Positions 41,389 through 50,519 of a DNA stretch of 64,000 nt are shown here, piece after piece (the first letter of the stretch is position 1; the number at the start of each line of letters is the position of its first letter). The translations under genes were made by a program, and so were the position numbers. This stretch comes from Dehalococcoidia bacterium (GTDB taxonomy: Bacteria; Chloroflexota; Dehalococcoidia; UBA2979), in assembly GCA_029247135.1 (NCBI GenBank), contig JAQWLS010000009.1, positions 1,863-65,862 of the forward strand, given 5' to 3'. The notes beneath the pieces were generated by a model. The model was not told the origin of the DNA, did no database searches, and saw only the letters and a program-made list of their open reading frames with translations.

Positions 41389-41424
41389 ACCAGCGAGTCT
41401 AACAGTCCGCCAGACTACACAATA

Positions 41425-41438
41425 AGAACATATGTGCT
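41425..41438. promoter_or_regulatory. Candidate LexA (SOS) box
   Basis: AGAACATATGTGCT, one mismatch to AGAAC-N4-GTTCT. Confidence 0.35.
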
Positions 41439-41690
41439 ATTATCATACTTGATTAGTAATTTAACAAGCGCTGCACCCCGTCCTACTTCTCAAAACTAAG
41501 ACTGGTGAATGAGTTCACATAATTGCGTATAGAGGTGAAATATAGCTAACCTCATAAGTCGCGGTCTAAATATTCACATATTTAGAAAGTAAATGCGCAA
41601 AACTGCGTGAACAATCCAAGCATGAGTATGAATTGGTGCGGCAGAGTAGATTAGTAATCCGGCTCCGACGCACTTGGAGGGTTGGCTGTT

Positions 41691-42329
41691 GTGAAGGTAA
41701 TGTTTGTTGAAACTGTTGAGGGATCTGGCTCGATGGGAGACGTCAAAGACGTCAAGCCTGGGTATGCCAGAAACTATCTCTTACCAAAAGGTCTTGCTGT
41801 TCCAGCAACTCCACATGCGGTAGCGCGTGCTGAGGAGCTTCGAAGGCAAGAGCTTGAAAGACAGCAAGTGCTCGACGAGCACTACCATGAACTTGTTAAT
41901 CGGCTTACCGAAAAACCAATAATTATTGGAGTTCGGGTAGGTGAACAAGGCCGCCTCTACGGATCCGTCAATAATGCAGACATCGCTAAGAACGCTGGGG
42001 AGATTCTTGGTGAAGATCTGGACAGACGTAGAATACTTCTTGGAGAAGCTATTCGACAAGTCGGTGTCTATACTGTGCAACTTCGACTTTCTCCGAAAGT
42101 ACAACCACATATAACCGTGGTTGTAGTTGACGAGGAATCACCTGATGGTGTGGAAGCTGCTGCGCAATTGCTATTAAACCCTCCTGAAAACGTTGACCCT
42201 GCGATACCCGCAGATGATCAAACTTTTCAAGAAAACTCTGAAGAAGATTCAGGGGATAGCGTGCAGAGTATTGATACTGAAACAGAGTCTTCAAGCGCGT
42301 CGGAATCGGAATCTGAACAAGATATATAG
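41691..42329 (+). CDS. rplI: 50S ribosomal protein L9 with acidic C-terminal extension
   Basis: MKVMF..GDVKDVKPGYARNYLLPKGLA, GRLYGSV; GGAGG RBS spacing favours GTG 41691. Confidence 0.96.
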   Translation: MKVMFVETVEGSGSMGDVKDVKPGYARNYLLPKGLAVPATPHAVARAEELRRQELERQQVLDEHYHELVNRLTEKPIIIGVRVGEQGRLYGSVNNADIAKNAGEILGEDLDRRRILLGEAIRQVGVYTVQLRLSPKVQPHITVVVVDEESPDGVEAAAQLLLNPPENVDPAIPADDQTFQENSEEDSGDSVQSIDTETESSSASESESEQDI

Positions 42330-42434
42330 TTAGGTTTATTGAAAAGATCATACTTAATGATCTTTCTGCCAGTGCTTAGAATGCTCTTGCGATAACTCAA
42401 TTCACCTGACGACGAAGGCTCCGAGGGCTTACAA

Positions 42435-43883
42435 ATGGTGAATTCAACAAGTGGCAGGCTATCTGCTTTTCCGCAACGGGATCGAACCGTCGAAAGCTCC
42501 ACTAACCGCTTACCGCCGCACGATATAAGTGCCGAAGAGGCTGTGATAGCAGCGATTTTACTGGATGACAGTGCCTTGGTCCGAGCATCCGCCATTGTTA
42601 ATACTGATGATTTCTTTGATGTATCGTGCAGAGCTGCATTTGAGGCAAGCCTATTATTAGAAGAACGTGCAGAAGAAATTACTGCGACCACTGTCAGTCA
42701 TGAACTAGAAAGATTGGGGCTTCTTGATTCCGTCGGCGGTGAGAGATTCTTAGCAGAAGTAATCGGTAAACACTTCACTGCTGAAGGAGTAGAGGCCCAT
42801 GCCCGAATAGTACGGCGAGATGGTCTGTATCGTCAGGCCATTGAAGGCTTCAATTTATTGCTCCAGAAAGCTTATGAAGGAGGCTCGAATCAAGAGTCTG
42901 TAATTGCAATGGCCGAAGAACTCCTCTTAAATATTAGAGGCGCAGTGGGTTCCGGTGATTTTAAGCACATCGGGCTCATATTAGAAGAAATGCTTGAAAA
43001 CGCGGACAACGATGAAAACTTGTCACTTCGAGCGGTGGCAAGTGGATTTCATGACCTGGATGCGCAACTTAATGGCGGGTTTCAAAGAGGCAATCTAATA
43101 GTAGTTGCGGCTCGGCCGGGACATGGAAAATCTGCTTTACTTCTAAATTTCGCGCGTCACTGCGCCGTGGAATCTACAGGGACAGTCGCTCTATTTTCAA
43201 TGGAAATGGCTGGAATCGAACTAGGAAAAAGGTTGCTCGCATCTGAATCTGGTATCGCCTCCCCAAAACTTGTTTATGACGATGATCATGCAATTGAACT
43301 AGCAAAAGTTATGGCTGCGCACGGACAACTCTCAGAAGCGTCAATTTATATTAATGAGCAAGGAGATCTTACTGTCGCCGAAATTCGGGCGGCAGCCAAA
43401 CGAATGAAAGCTGAACACGGATTAGATCTACTAATTGTGGACTACCTGCAGCTTGTGAGTAGTTCACAAAGATACGACTCTCCGGTGGCTAGTGTTACTC
43501 AAATATCACGAACTCTCAAACAAATTGCTCGCGAATTAGATGTTCCGGTGATAGCTGCAGCACAGCTAAACCGAGCGGTCGAGCAACGAAAACCTCACAT
43601 ACCAATTTTATCTGACTTGCGTGAATCAGGTTCGATCGAGCAGGACGCAGACATTGTTATGTTCATATATAGAGAATCGGAATACCACAAAAGCGAAGAT
43701 CCACAAGATTGGCCTCCAGATCTTGATCCACGACAGGCCAAAATAATTGTCGCAAAACATAGAAATGGAGCTACAGGGGTTATTGACTTGCACTGGGAAG
43801 AAACTTTGGCAACGTTCAAAGAATATGAACTCTATGCTGATTCTCCAACAGGACCAATAGAAAATGGCTTTGAGAGCTTCTAA
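42435..43883 (+). CDS. dnaB: Replicative DNA helicase
   Basis: PPHDISAE, AARPGHGKS, FSMEM, VDYLQL, AQLNR, SDLRESGSIEQDAD, AKHRNG. Confidence 0.96.
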   Translation: MVNSTSGRLSAFPQRDRTVESSTNRLPPHDISAEEAVIAAILLDDSALVRASAIVNTDDFFDVSCRAAFEASLLLEERAEEITATTVSHELERLGLLDSVGGERFLAEVIGKHFTAEGVEAHARIVRRDGLYRQAIEGFNLLLQKAYEGGSNQESVIAMAEELLLNIRGAVGSGDFKHIGLILEEMLENADNDENLSLRAVASGFHDLDAQLNGGFQRGNLIVVAARPGHGKSALLLNFARHCAVESTGTVALFSMEMAGIELGKRLLASESGIASPKLVYDDDHAIELAKVMAAHGQLSEASIYINEQGDLTVAEIRAAAKRMKAEHGLDLLIVDYLQLVSSSQRYDSPVASVTQISRTLKQIARELDVPVIAAAQLNRAVEQRKPHIPILSDLRESGSIEQDADIVMFIYRESEYHKSEDPQDWPPDLDPRQAKIIVAKHRNGATGVIDLHWEETLATFKEYELYADSPTGPIENGFESF

Positions 43884-44643
43884 CACAGCTCAAAACATTA
43901 TGAATGATCCAAGTAAGTTCGATAAAAAAGTACTCTTTCATACTGGTCAAGCTGTTATACCCGTGCCTGTACAATTCTTCACCGAGATTCTCTTAAATAT
44001 AGAAGATGAAGCTGAACTAAGAGTTGCTCTTTATATTTGGTATGCAATCACGCGAAAAGTAGGTGGTCAACGCTTCATCCTCGAATCTGATATCACAAAT
44101 GACCCACTACTTGCGAACTGGTTTACACATAAAGGTGGCACTGAAAGGCTTTTAAGCTCAATTGACTTGACTCGAAAAAGAGGGCTGTTTATAGGAGCGG
44201 AGTTACCAAATAAAGACTTCGTACTCCTCCCCAACGATGAGGCGGGCCAGAGACTTCTCGATAGATTTATCATGGATTCAGAAGTACTACACGACCAAGT
44301 ACAGGCAACCACACCAGTCAGAAATCAAACTACGTCAGCACGATCGCCGGTTGCGATTAAGTACGAGCAGGAAATAGGGATCATAACTCCATCAATCGCG
44401 ACTACACTTCAGAATTCAGAGAGTCGCTACCCCATGAATTGGATACTTGAGGCAATCTCGGTGGCGGCTGAATCAAATGCTAGATCTTGGCGATATGTAC
44501 AAACAATTCTAGAAAATTGGCAGAAGAACGGACGAAATAATGGCAACCAGAAAACTACACGAATTCCTACCGAAAAATCAGGAAACCACAGAAGCCCCTA
44601 CGACGACCTCATTCGAAAAGGAAATGATCATATCAAATCGTGA
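43864..44643 (+). CDS. DnaD/DnaB_2 domain replication protein
   Basis: N-terminal VPVQFFTEILLNIEDEAELRVALY; C-terminal YEQEIG..WILEAI..WRYVQTILENW DnaD signature. Confidence 0.85.
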   Translation: MALRASNTAQNIMNDPSKFDKKVLFHTGQAVIPVPVQFFTEILLNIEDEAELRVALYIWYAITRKVGGQRFILESDITNDPLLANWFTHKGGTERLLSSIDLTRKRGLFIGAELPNKDFVLLPNDEAGQRLLDRFIMDSEVLHDQVQATTPVRNQTTSARSPVAIKYEQEIGIITPSIATTLQNSESRYPMNWILEAISVAAESNARSWRYVQTILENWQKNGRNNGNQKTTRIPTEKSGNHRSPYDDLIRKGNDHIKS

Positions 44644-45925
44644 GCGAGTAGCTGTCTGCTTAGTTTGCGATGATATGGGATTTGTCAGAGTGACGAATAA
44701 TATTGAGGATTCCCGCTTTGGACAATCTTATCCGTGCAGCTGCACAATCACCGCTCGACATGAAAGAGCTGGGAAACAACTTCTGAATCAATCAGGTTTA
44801 GGATCTCTCCGTAGACTGAATTTCGAAAACCTCATTAGCCACGGAAGGACTCAAGACGCCAAAAATCGAGATCAGTACGAGCTAGCCGTCAAAGAAGCAA
44901 AAAAATATGCAAATGAGCCGAACAAGTGGCTCACAATTATTGGAGAACACGGAAGTGGTAAAACACATATAGCCGCAGCAATTGCAAATGCCTCTCTCAG
45001 CCTCGGACGACCAACTTTGTTCTTTTCAATTCCCGACTTGATGGAGCATCTCCGCCGAGAATCACTCGGGAGAGATTTTCCTGAATCTGAAACGATGACG
45101 GTCGATCGAATATTTAATATCCCGCTATTGATTATCGATGATTGTCACTCCAAAATAAATACAACCTGGGCACAAGAAAAATTCAACCAACTTCTTAATC
45201 ACCGATGGAATGCCCAGCTGCCGACAGTTTTCACCACGCCGACTCTGGACAAAAGCATAGGTACGCGCCTGAATATTAGACTCTCAGATAACGAATCTTC
45301 AGATATTTTAGATCTAGGAATTTGGGAAACAAGCACCTACAGCTCATTAGGTGCTATGACTGAACAAGTGATCAAACAATATACGTTCGATAATTTTCTC
45401 TCGGATGGTATTGGCCTGTCTCCCCAGCAAAGCAGTGAACTGATAGGGCTGGAATCCCGCTTGAGAGAGTGGTCAATCGAACCCGATGGTTGGATTGTAC
45501 TCACAGGTAAGCATGGCGTAGGAAAAACACATCTTGCCTCAGCCATTGCAAACGTTCGCTTACATCAAGGTGATCGTGTTGCGTTTACGACCGTACCCGA
45601 TCTTCTAGACCACCTCCGAGCATCATATAACCAAGACTCACAAGACTCGTACGACCAAGTATTCCGACGTTTATTGGAAGTCCAATTACTTATTCTGGAC
45701 GATCTAGGAGCTCATAAATCCTCCGATTGGGCTGAAGAGAAAATATATCAATTAATAAATCATCGATATCTTGCCCGCAGCTGGACCGTCATAACAATGA
45801 ACGGAAAACCGAGCGAACTAGAACCACGTCTAGCAAGTAGGCTAACTTTTACTGAACTCTCTGAGGTATATAGAGTAGACGCACAAGACTTCAGAACACT
45901 GCGACCCGAAACTGAAGCTAGTTAG
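44540..45925 (+). CDS. DnaC/DnaI (IstB-like) AAA+ helicase loader with two tandem ATPase domains
   Basis: CxxC..CxC Zn motif; Walker A GEHGSGKT and GKHGVGKT; Walker B LLIIDD and LLILDDLG. Confidence 0.85.
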   Translation: MATRKLHEFLPKNQETTEAPTTTSFEKEMIISNRERVAVCLVCDDMGFVRVTNNIEDSRFGQSYPCSCTITARHERAGKQLLNQSGLGSLRRLNFENLISHGRTQDAKNRDQYELAVKEAKKYANEPNKWLTIIGEHGSGKTHIAAAIANASLSLGRPTLFFSIPDLMEHLRRESLGRDFPESETMTVDRIFNIPLLIIDDCHSKINTTWAQEKFNQLLNHRWNAQLPTVFTTPTLDKSIGTRLNIRLSDNESSDILDLGIWETSTYSSLGAMTEQVIKQYTFDNFLSDGIGLSPQQSSELIGLESRLREWSIEPDGWIVLTGKHGVGKTHLASAIANVRLHQGDRVAFTTVPDLLDHLRASYNQDSQDSYDQVFRRLLEVQLLILDDLGAHKSSDWAEEKIYQLINHRYLARSWTVITMNGKPSELEPRLASRLTFTELSEVYRVDAQDFRTLRPETEAS

Positions 45926-46359
45926 GGTTTTGGCTTTATACCCTCCTGCCATTCCGCACCGTCCAGGCTCCATTCCTTTTTCCAGACAGGGACCGTCTCT
46001 TTCACACGATCAACTGCTCGCAGAGCTGCCTCAAAAGCATCCGCCCGATGGGCGGCTGAAACAGCAACAATTAAAGATGTATCTCCTATGTCTAACGTAC
46101 CGACTCGGTGCTGAATCATAACCTCGTAGACCTCGCGCTCGCCAAAAAACGAAAGTATTTCATCTCGCACATGTGAAATCTGTGTGGCCGCCATTTCAAC
46201 ATAAGCCTCGTATTCTAAACGAACGACACTATGACCCTCATGATGGTTTCGCACAACACCCTCGAAAACGATAACTGCACCTGACTCGTCAGTCTGAATC
46301 GAAGACCGAATCAAACCGGTATCAAGAACATTCTCAGTAACTAAAGGAATTTCACTCAT
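45922..46359 (-). CDS. moaE: Molybdopterin synthase catalytic subunit
   Basis: GAVIVFEGVVR, LEYEAY, HRVG, SAAHR, PVWKKE. Confidence 0.95.
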   Translation of the reverse strand: MSEIPLVTENVLDTGLIRSSIQTDESGAVIVFEGVVRNHHEGHSVVRLEYEAYVEMAATQISHVRDEILSFFGEREVYEVMIQHRVGTLDIGDTSLIVAVSAAHRADAFEAALRAVDRVKETVPVWKKEWSLDGAEWQEGIKPKP

Positions 46360-46613
46360 TACGATCCGCCAGCGATAGGTGGTACTAATGCCACAGAATC
46401 TCCGTCTGAAAGCTCTGATTCATCTGAGAGTATATATTCTTCGTTAACTGCGATAGCTACCCCGGACAAGTAAGGTTTCAATTTTGGATATTGTGTTTCC
46501 AAGGCCTCTCGTAATGAGGCAACTGAAACTAGATCTTGGTCAAGCTCTACTGTTAAAAGGTCACTCTCCATGACCTCTCTTAAACCCGCGAACAGCTGTA
46601 CCGAAATTTCCAT
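46359..46613 (-). CDS. moaD: Molybdopterin synthase sulfur carrier subunit
   Basis: VQLFAGLRE, AVNEEY, VALVPPIAGGS; coupled to moaE. Confidence 0.92.
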   Translation of the reverse strand: MEISVQLFAGLREVMESDLLTVELDQDLVSVASLREALETQYPKLKPYLSGVAIAVNEEYILSDESELSDGDSVALVPPIAGGS

Positions 46614-46645
46614 AACTTCCCAGAGCCTTCCTCACTTCAGTATAG

Positions 46646-47902
46646 CTAAATAAAAGCCCTAATAAGTGGTCGACGAATCAACACGAAACAAGCAACTGAA
46701 AAAATAATTAACCCAACTGCGGAAAATACTATCTGCAGCCCTAATATGGTGGCGAAAAAACCCAGAAAAAGTGCTCCTATTTGCATAAAACCCTGCGACA
46801 TAAATATAAAACTGTTAATTCGCCCTAATACTCGATTTTCAACTACTGACTGAACAATGCTAGAACTCAGTGCGTTAATAGCCATTAAACTAGCGCCGCA
46901 AAATAAGTTAAAAGAAAATACAAATATTAGAGTTCTCGACCAACTGTAGAAGAAAATACTTAGTCCTAGCATCGCTACAGCCAAAATAAGTGTGAGGCCT
47001 CTTGGAAACTTATGGCCTTTATTGGCCAAGGTTAAAGTTGATAAAGTAGCACCGACGTTCCAAGAAACAATCATTATTCCCCAATCAAATGCTGTGAAGC
47101 CAAGCATCTCATCTACCCATATCGCGATAAGCTGGCCCATCACACCAGATCCCAAAGCTATTGAAATCCAATTCAATGCCAGAATTAGACGAAGTATTTC
47201 TTGCTCCTTCAGAACACGAACGCCCTGAGAAACGTTCTCTAACAAGCTCACACCAGTCGATTCAGTATCAGCCGCCGTACGGCCAGTTTTGATCGCTAAG
47301 GCAACTACTAAGCCAACAGCTGGGCCAAGACCTGAAAATAGATAGGCTAAGGTATAGCTATGGTGCTCAATCAGCCACCCAGCAACCGGACCTGAGGCCA
47401 AAGCCCCAAAAGACATAACCGCAAAAAACAGACTAATCGCCATCGCCGAATACTGGGAATTTACAGAATTTCTTATGAGCGCAACTTTGTTCGGCTGATC
47501 TTGTGCTAGCACAATTCCAAAAGACCCGAAAAGTAAAATTGTAGCGAATAATCGAAATAAAGTTGGATCAGCACGTTCAAATAGATAGAGCACTGCGCTC
47601 ACGAGGACAATCAACAAAAGGGTTACACCTTGGTTAGTTCGCATCACTGTTCGCCTGGGAAAGCGATCCACCAAAGTCCCAGCAATGACTATATAGCCGA
47701 GAAAAATTAGTCCACGAAACGCGGCCGCAAGACCCAAGAACATTGCACTGAGGTTTTCTGGTGCACTCTGACTGATGTACCAAGACTGAGTAATAAACAT
47801 CATCGGCTGAGTAAATCCAATAAAAAGTTGCGCCGCAAGTAAAAGTCTAAAATCACGAAAATTAAAAACTGCTCTCAGCCGCTTGGTCGGTTCATTTATC
47901 AT
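46646..47902 (-). CDS. MFS transporter
   Basis: About 12 TM helices, GTLVDRFPRR MFS motif. Confidence 0.88.
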   Translation of the reverse strand: MINEPTKRLRAVFNFRDFRLLLAAQLFIGFTQPMMFITQSWYISQSAPENLSAMFLGLAAAFRGLIFLGYIVIAGTLVDRFPRRTVMRTNQGVTLLLIVLVSAVLYLFERADPTLFRLFATILLFGSFGIVLAQDQPNKVALIRNSVNSQYSAMAISLFFAVMSFGALASGPVAGWLIEHHSYTLAYLFSGLGPAVGLVVALAIKTGRTAADTESTGVSLLENVSQGVRVLKEQEILRLILALNWISIALGSGVMGQLIAIWVDEMLGFTAFDWGIMIVSWNVGATLSTLTLANKGHKFPRGLTLILAVAMLGLSIFFYSWSRTLIFVFSFNLFCGASLMAINALSSSIVQSVVENRVLGRINSFIFMSQGFMQIGALFLGFFATILGLQIVFSAVGLIIFSVACFVLIRRPLIRAFI

Positions 47903-48059
47903 CGATACAAGTTATTCTCTCTAGCATCCAAGTAACGTAAAAATCCAGCTGCGACGCAAAATTGATCAATTGTTCAATTACAGTAACACCTGCTAAAAAC
48001 TTAGTCCCTAGAATAAATACAAAAGAAAAAACAAAAATCCATAAACTGAGAGAATTGCT

Positions 48060-49265
48060 TTGGTGCAACTCACTAACACAGGACCTACACTTCAAGCCCT
48101 AATCATGTTCGGTGGCATGGGTGGAAAACCTGCGGAAACATTAATGCGAGAGGCTCTAGAAGCCGCAGCAACTGATCTAGCTCAAATATGCCATCAAAGT
48201 GGAGAATTCACTGATATCACTATTCTTGCTGACTCGCCGATCGACGCTCTGGACGAGAAAATCCTGTCCCAGCAACTATCTGATCCCAACGCCGCTTTCG
48301 GAAATCTTATTAATCAATTTTCACAATCCCTCAAGCAAAAAACTACAAATACCGACGGTTACGTATACTTTGGAGCCGGAAGTGGGCCCCTACTCGACTC
48401 CAAAGATATCCAAATAATGACCAAATCCCTGAATAAAGCTAAACCGAATAGCTGCATCACCAACAATCGTTATTCCGCCGATTTTTTTGGTATAAGACCA
48501 ACTAATCTCCTAGAGTCACTCCAACCACCACCAATAAGTGACAACGTTGTACCTATTCGATTGAGCGACGAAAGCGGAACCTCTGTGATTGAAATACCTC
48601 GATCTGCCAAAACTCAATTCAATATTGACGTCCCTTCTGACTTGGCAACACTATCGCTAATAAGGAAATCTGGACCGAAACTAGAAGCATTTATTGCACA
48701 AAAAAACGAAGTTCTCAATCCAGCAGCTCGCGCCCAATGGCACGCATCTCAGCACTTCCTCAAAAGAGACTCAGAGGTTTTTATTTATGGCAGAACTTCC
48801 TCCCGGGTTTGGTCATACCTTGAAACTGAGACTGCTTGCAAAATAAGAATAATATCTGAAGAACGGGGGCTCAAAAGTGCCCGCAAAGGGCACCAAGCCC
48901 GTTCAATTCTCGCCTATTTAATACAGGCGTACGGACCACAAGAAGTTTTCTGTAAATTGCTTCCCCAGTTTTGTTCGGCTGCATTCGTCGACTTAATACC
49001 AATCATTGAACATATGGAACTTGCCTGCAGCAGAAGCGATCGGTTTTCAGCTGACTTGTTCCAGCACGATAACATCGAAAATGAATTACTTAGAGAAATA
49101 ATCGTTGCAATTACCGAGTCACCTATACCAATAGCGTTAGGAGGGCACTCATTAGTAAGTTCGAGTCTGGAGATACTAAATCAATTAGTATGGGATGTAG
49201 CAGATAATTTGATTCCAAACCCAATGAAGGATTCATACTCGTCTACTTCCAAGACAGAACTGTAG
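48060..49265 (+). CDS. Conserved hypothetical protein, possible CofC-like/NDP-sugar transferase fold in N-terminal half
   Basis: Long ORF co-oriented with glyA; GAGSGPLL and FNIDVPSDL resemble the DxDTPxDL motif of CofC/GT-A proteins. Confidence 0.5.
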   Translation: MVQLTNTGPTLQALIMFGGMGGKPAETLMREALEAAATDLAQICHQSGEFTDITILADSPIDALDEKILSQQLSDPNAAFGNLINQFSQSLKQKTTNTDGYVYFGAGSGPLLDSKDIQIMTKSLNKAKPNSCITNNRYSADFFGIRPTNLLESLQPPPISDNVVPIRLSDESGTSVIEIPRSAKTQFNIDVPSDLATLSLIRKSGPKLEAFIAQKNEVLNPAARAQWHASQHFLKRDSEVFIYGRTSSRVWSYLETETACKIRIISEERGLKSARKGHQARSILAYLIQAYGPQEVFCKLLPQFCSAAFVDLIPIIEHMELACSRSDRFSADLFQHDNIENELLREIIVAITESPIPIALGGHSLVSSSLEILNQLVWDVADNLIPNPMKDSYSSTSKTEL

Positions 49266-49277
49266 AAAGTCTAAATC

Positions 49278-50519
49278 ATGTCAGCACTCCTCAACACAGA
49301 TCCTGAAATCGCAAATGCCATCTATCAAGAAGAATCTAGGCAAAGTACAGTGTTAGAAATGATTGCGTCAGAAAATTATGCGTCAAAAGCAGTATTAGAA
49401 GCCGTTGGATCAGTATTGACTAATAAATATTCTGAAGGGTATCCAGGTGCTCGTTATTACAACGGAAATTATGTAGTAGATGAAGTGGAGAGGTTAGCCA
49501 GATCAAGGGCTAAGGATCTTTTTGGTGCCGATCACGCGAATCTACAGCCGCACTCAGGTGCACAAGCAAATCTAGCTGCGTATCTTGCTCTACTAAATCC
49601 AGGAGATACGGTGATGGGATTGAAGTTGGACTCAGGTGGACACTTAACTCATGGATCGCCAGTCAACGCATCAGGGAAAATATATAATTTTGTATCCTAC
49701 GAAGTCGACAAAGAATCACACCTAGTTGATTATGAATCAATGTTGGCCCAGGCAAAAAACACCCGTCCGAAATTAATTATTGTGGGTGCCACAGCATACC
49801 CGCGAGTCTGGGACTTTGAGCGTGCGCGCCATATCGCCAATGAGATCGGAGCGGTGCTCCTAGCTGACATAGCCCACATATCCGGACTAGTCGCTGCTAA
49901 AGTACACCCCACTCCAGTTGGACATGCCCAAGTCATAACATCTTCAACTCATAAAACACTTCGAGGGCCGCGTGGAGGAATAATTCTCTGTGATGAGGAT
50001 TATCGAAAAAGAATTAATTCTGGCGTTTTTCCGGGAACCCAAGGAGGGCCAATGATGCATGTGATTGCGGGAAAAGCCGTAATGCTCAAAGAAGCCAACA
50101 CGACTGAATTCAAAAACTACGCGCAACAAGTAGTCCTTAACGCGAAGCACCTAGCAACACATCTAATCGACGGTGGCTTCAATTTAGTGACAGGTGGAAC
50201 TGACAACCATTTACTACTTTTAGATATCCGGGATCGCGGAATAACTGGTCGAGAAGCCGCAAATGCACTCGAAAAAGCAGGGATCGTATGTAACTTTAAT
50301 TCTGTTCCGTTTGATGATAGACCTGTGCGAGAAGGTGGAGGAATTAGACTTGGCACCCCGGCAATAACCTCACGAGGGCTCAAAACTGAACATATGAGCC
50401 TTGTAGCCAACTGGATTACACGAGCGCTTCATGACGTTAACAACGAAGATGAACTTAAAGTAATTAGTCAAGAAATTACAACACTCCTCAATGAATTCGC
50501 TACGCCCGGAATAGCTTAG
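49278..50519 (+). CDS. glyA: Serine hydroxymethyltransferase
   Basis: IASEN, NKYSEGYPG, QPHSGAQAN, GGHLTHG, SSTHKTLRGPRGG. Confidence 0.98.
   Translation: MSALLNTDPEIANAIYQEESRQSTVLEMIASENYASKAVLEAVGSVLTNKYSEGYPGARYYNGNYVVDEVERLARSRAKDLFGADHANLQPHSGAQANLAAYLALLNPGDTVMGLKLDSGGHLTHGSPVNASGKIYNFVSYEVDKESHLVDYESMLAQAKNTRPKLIIVGATAYPRVWDFERARHIANEIGAVLLADIAHISGLVAAKVHPTPVGHAQVITSSTHKTLRGPRGGIILCDEDYRKRINSGVFPGTQGGPMMHVIAGKAVMLKEANTTEFKNYAQQVVLNAKHLATHLIDGGFNLVTGGTDNHLLLLDIRDRGITGREAANALEKAGIVCNFNSVPFDDRPVREGGGIRLGTPAITSRGLKTEHMSLVANWITRALHDVNNEDELKVISQEITTLLNEFATPGIA

Noticed and set aside
44540..45925. IS21 element suggested by the IstB-like ATPase
   Set aside because: No IstA transposase or terminal repeats, and it sits in an operon with dnaB and dnaD.
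47892..48095. 67-aa hydrophobic ORF upstream of the MFS gene
   Set aside because: It spans an AT-rich divergent promoter region, overlaps both neighbours and has no RBS.
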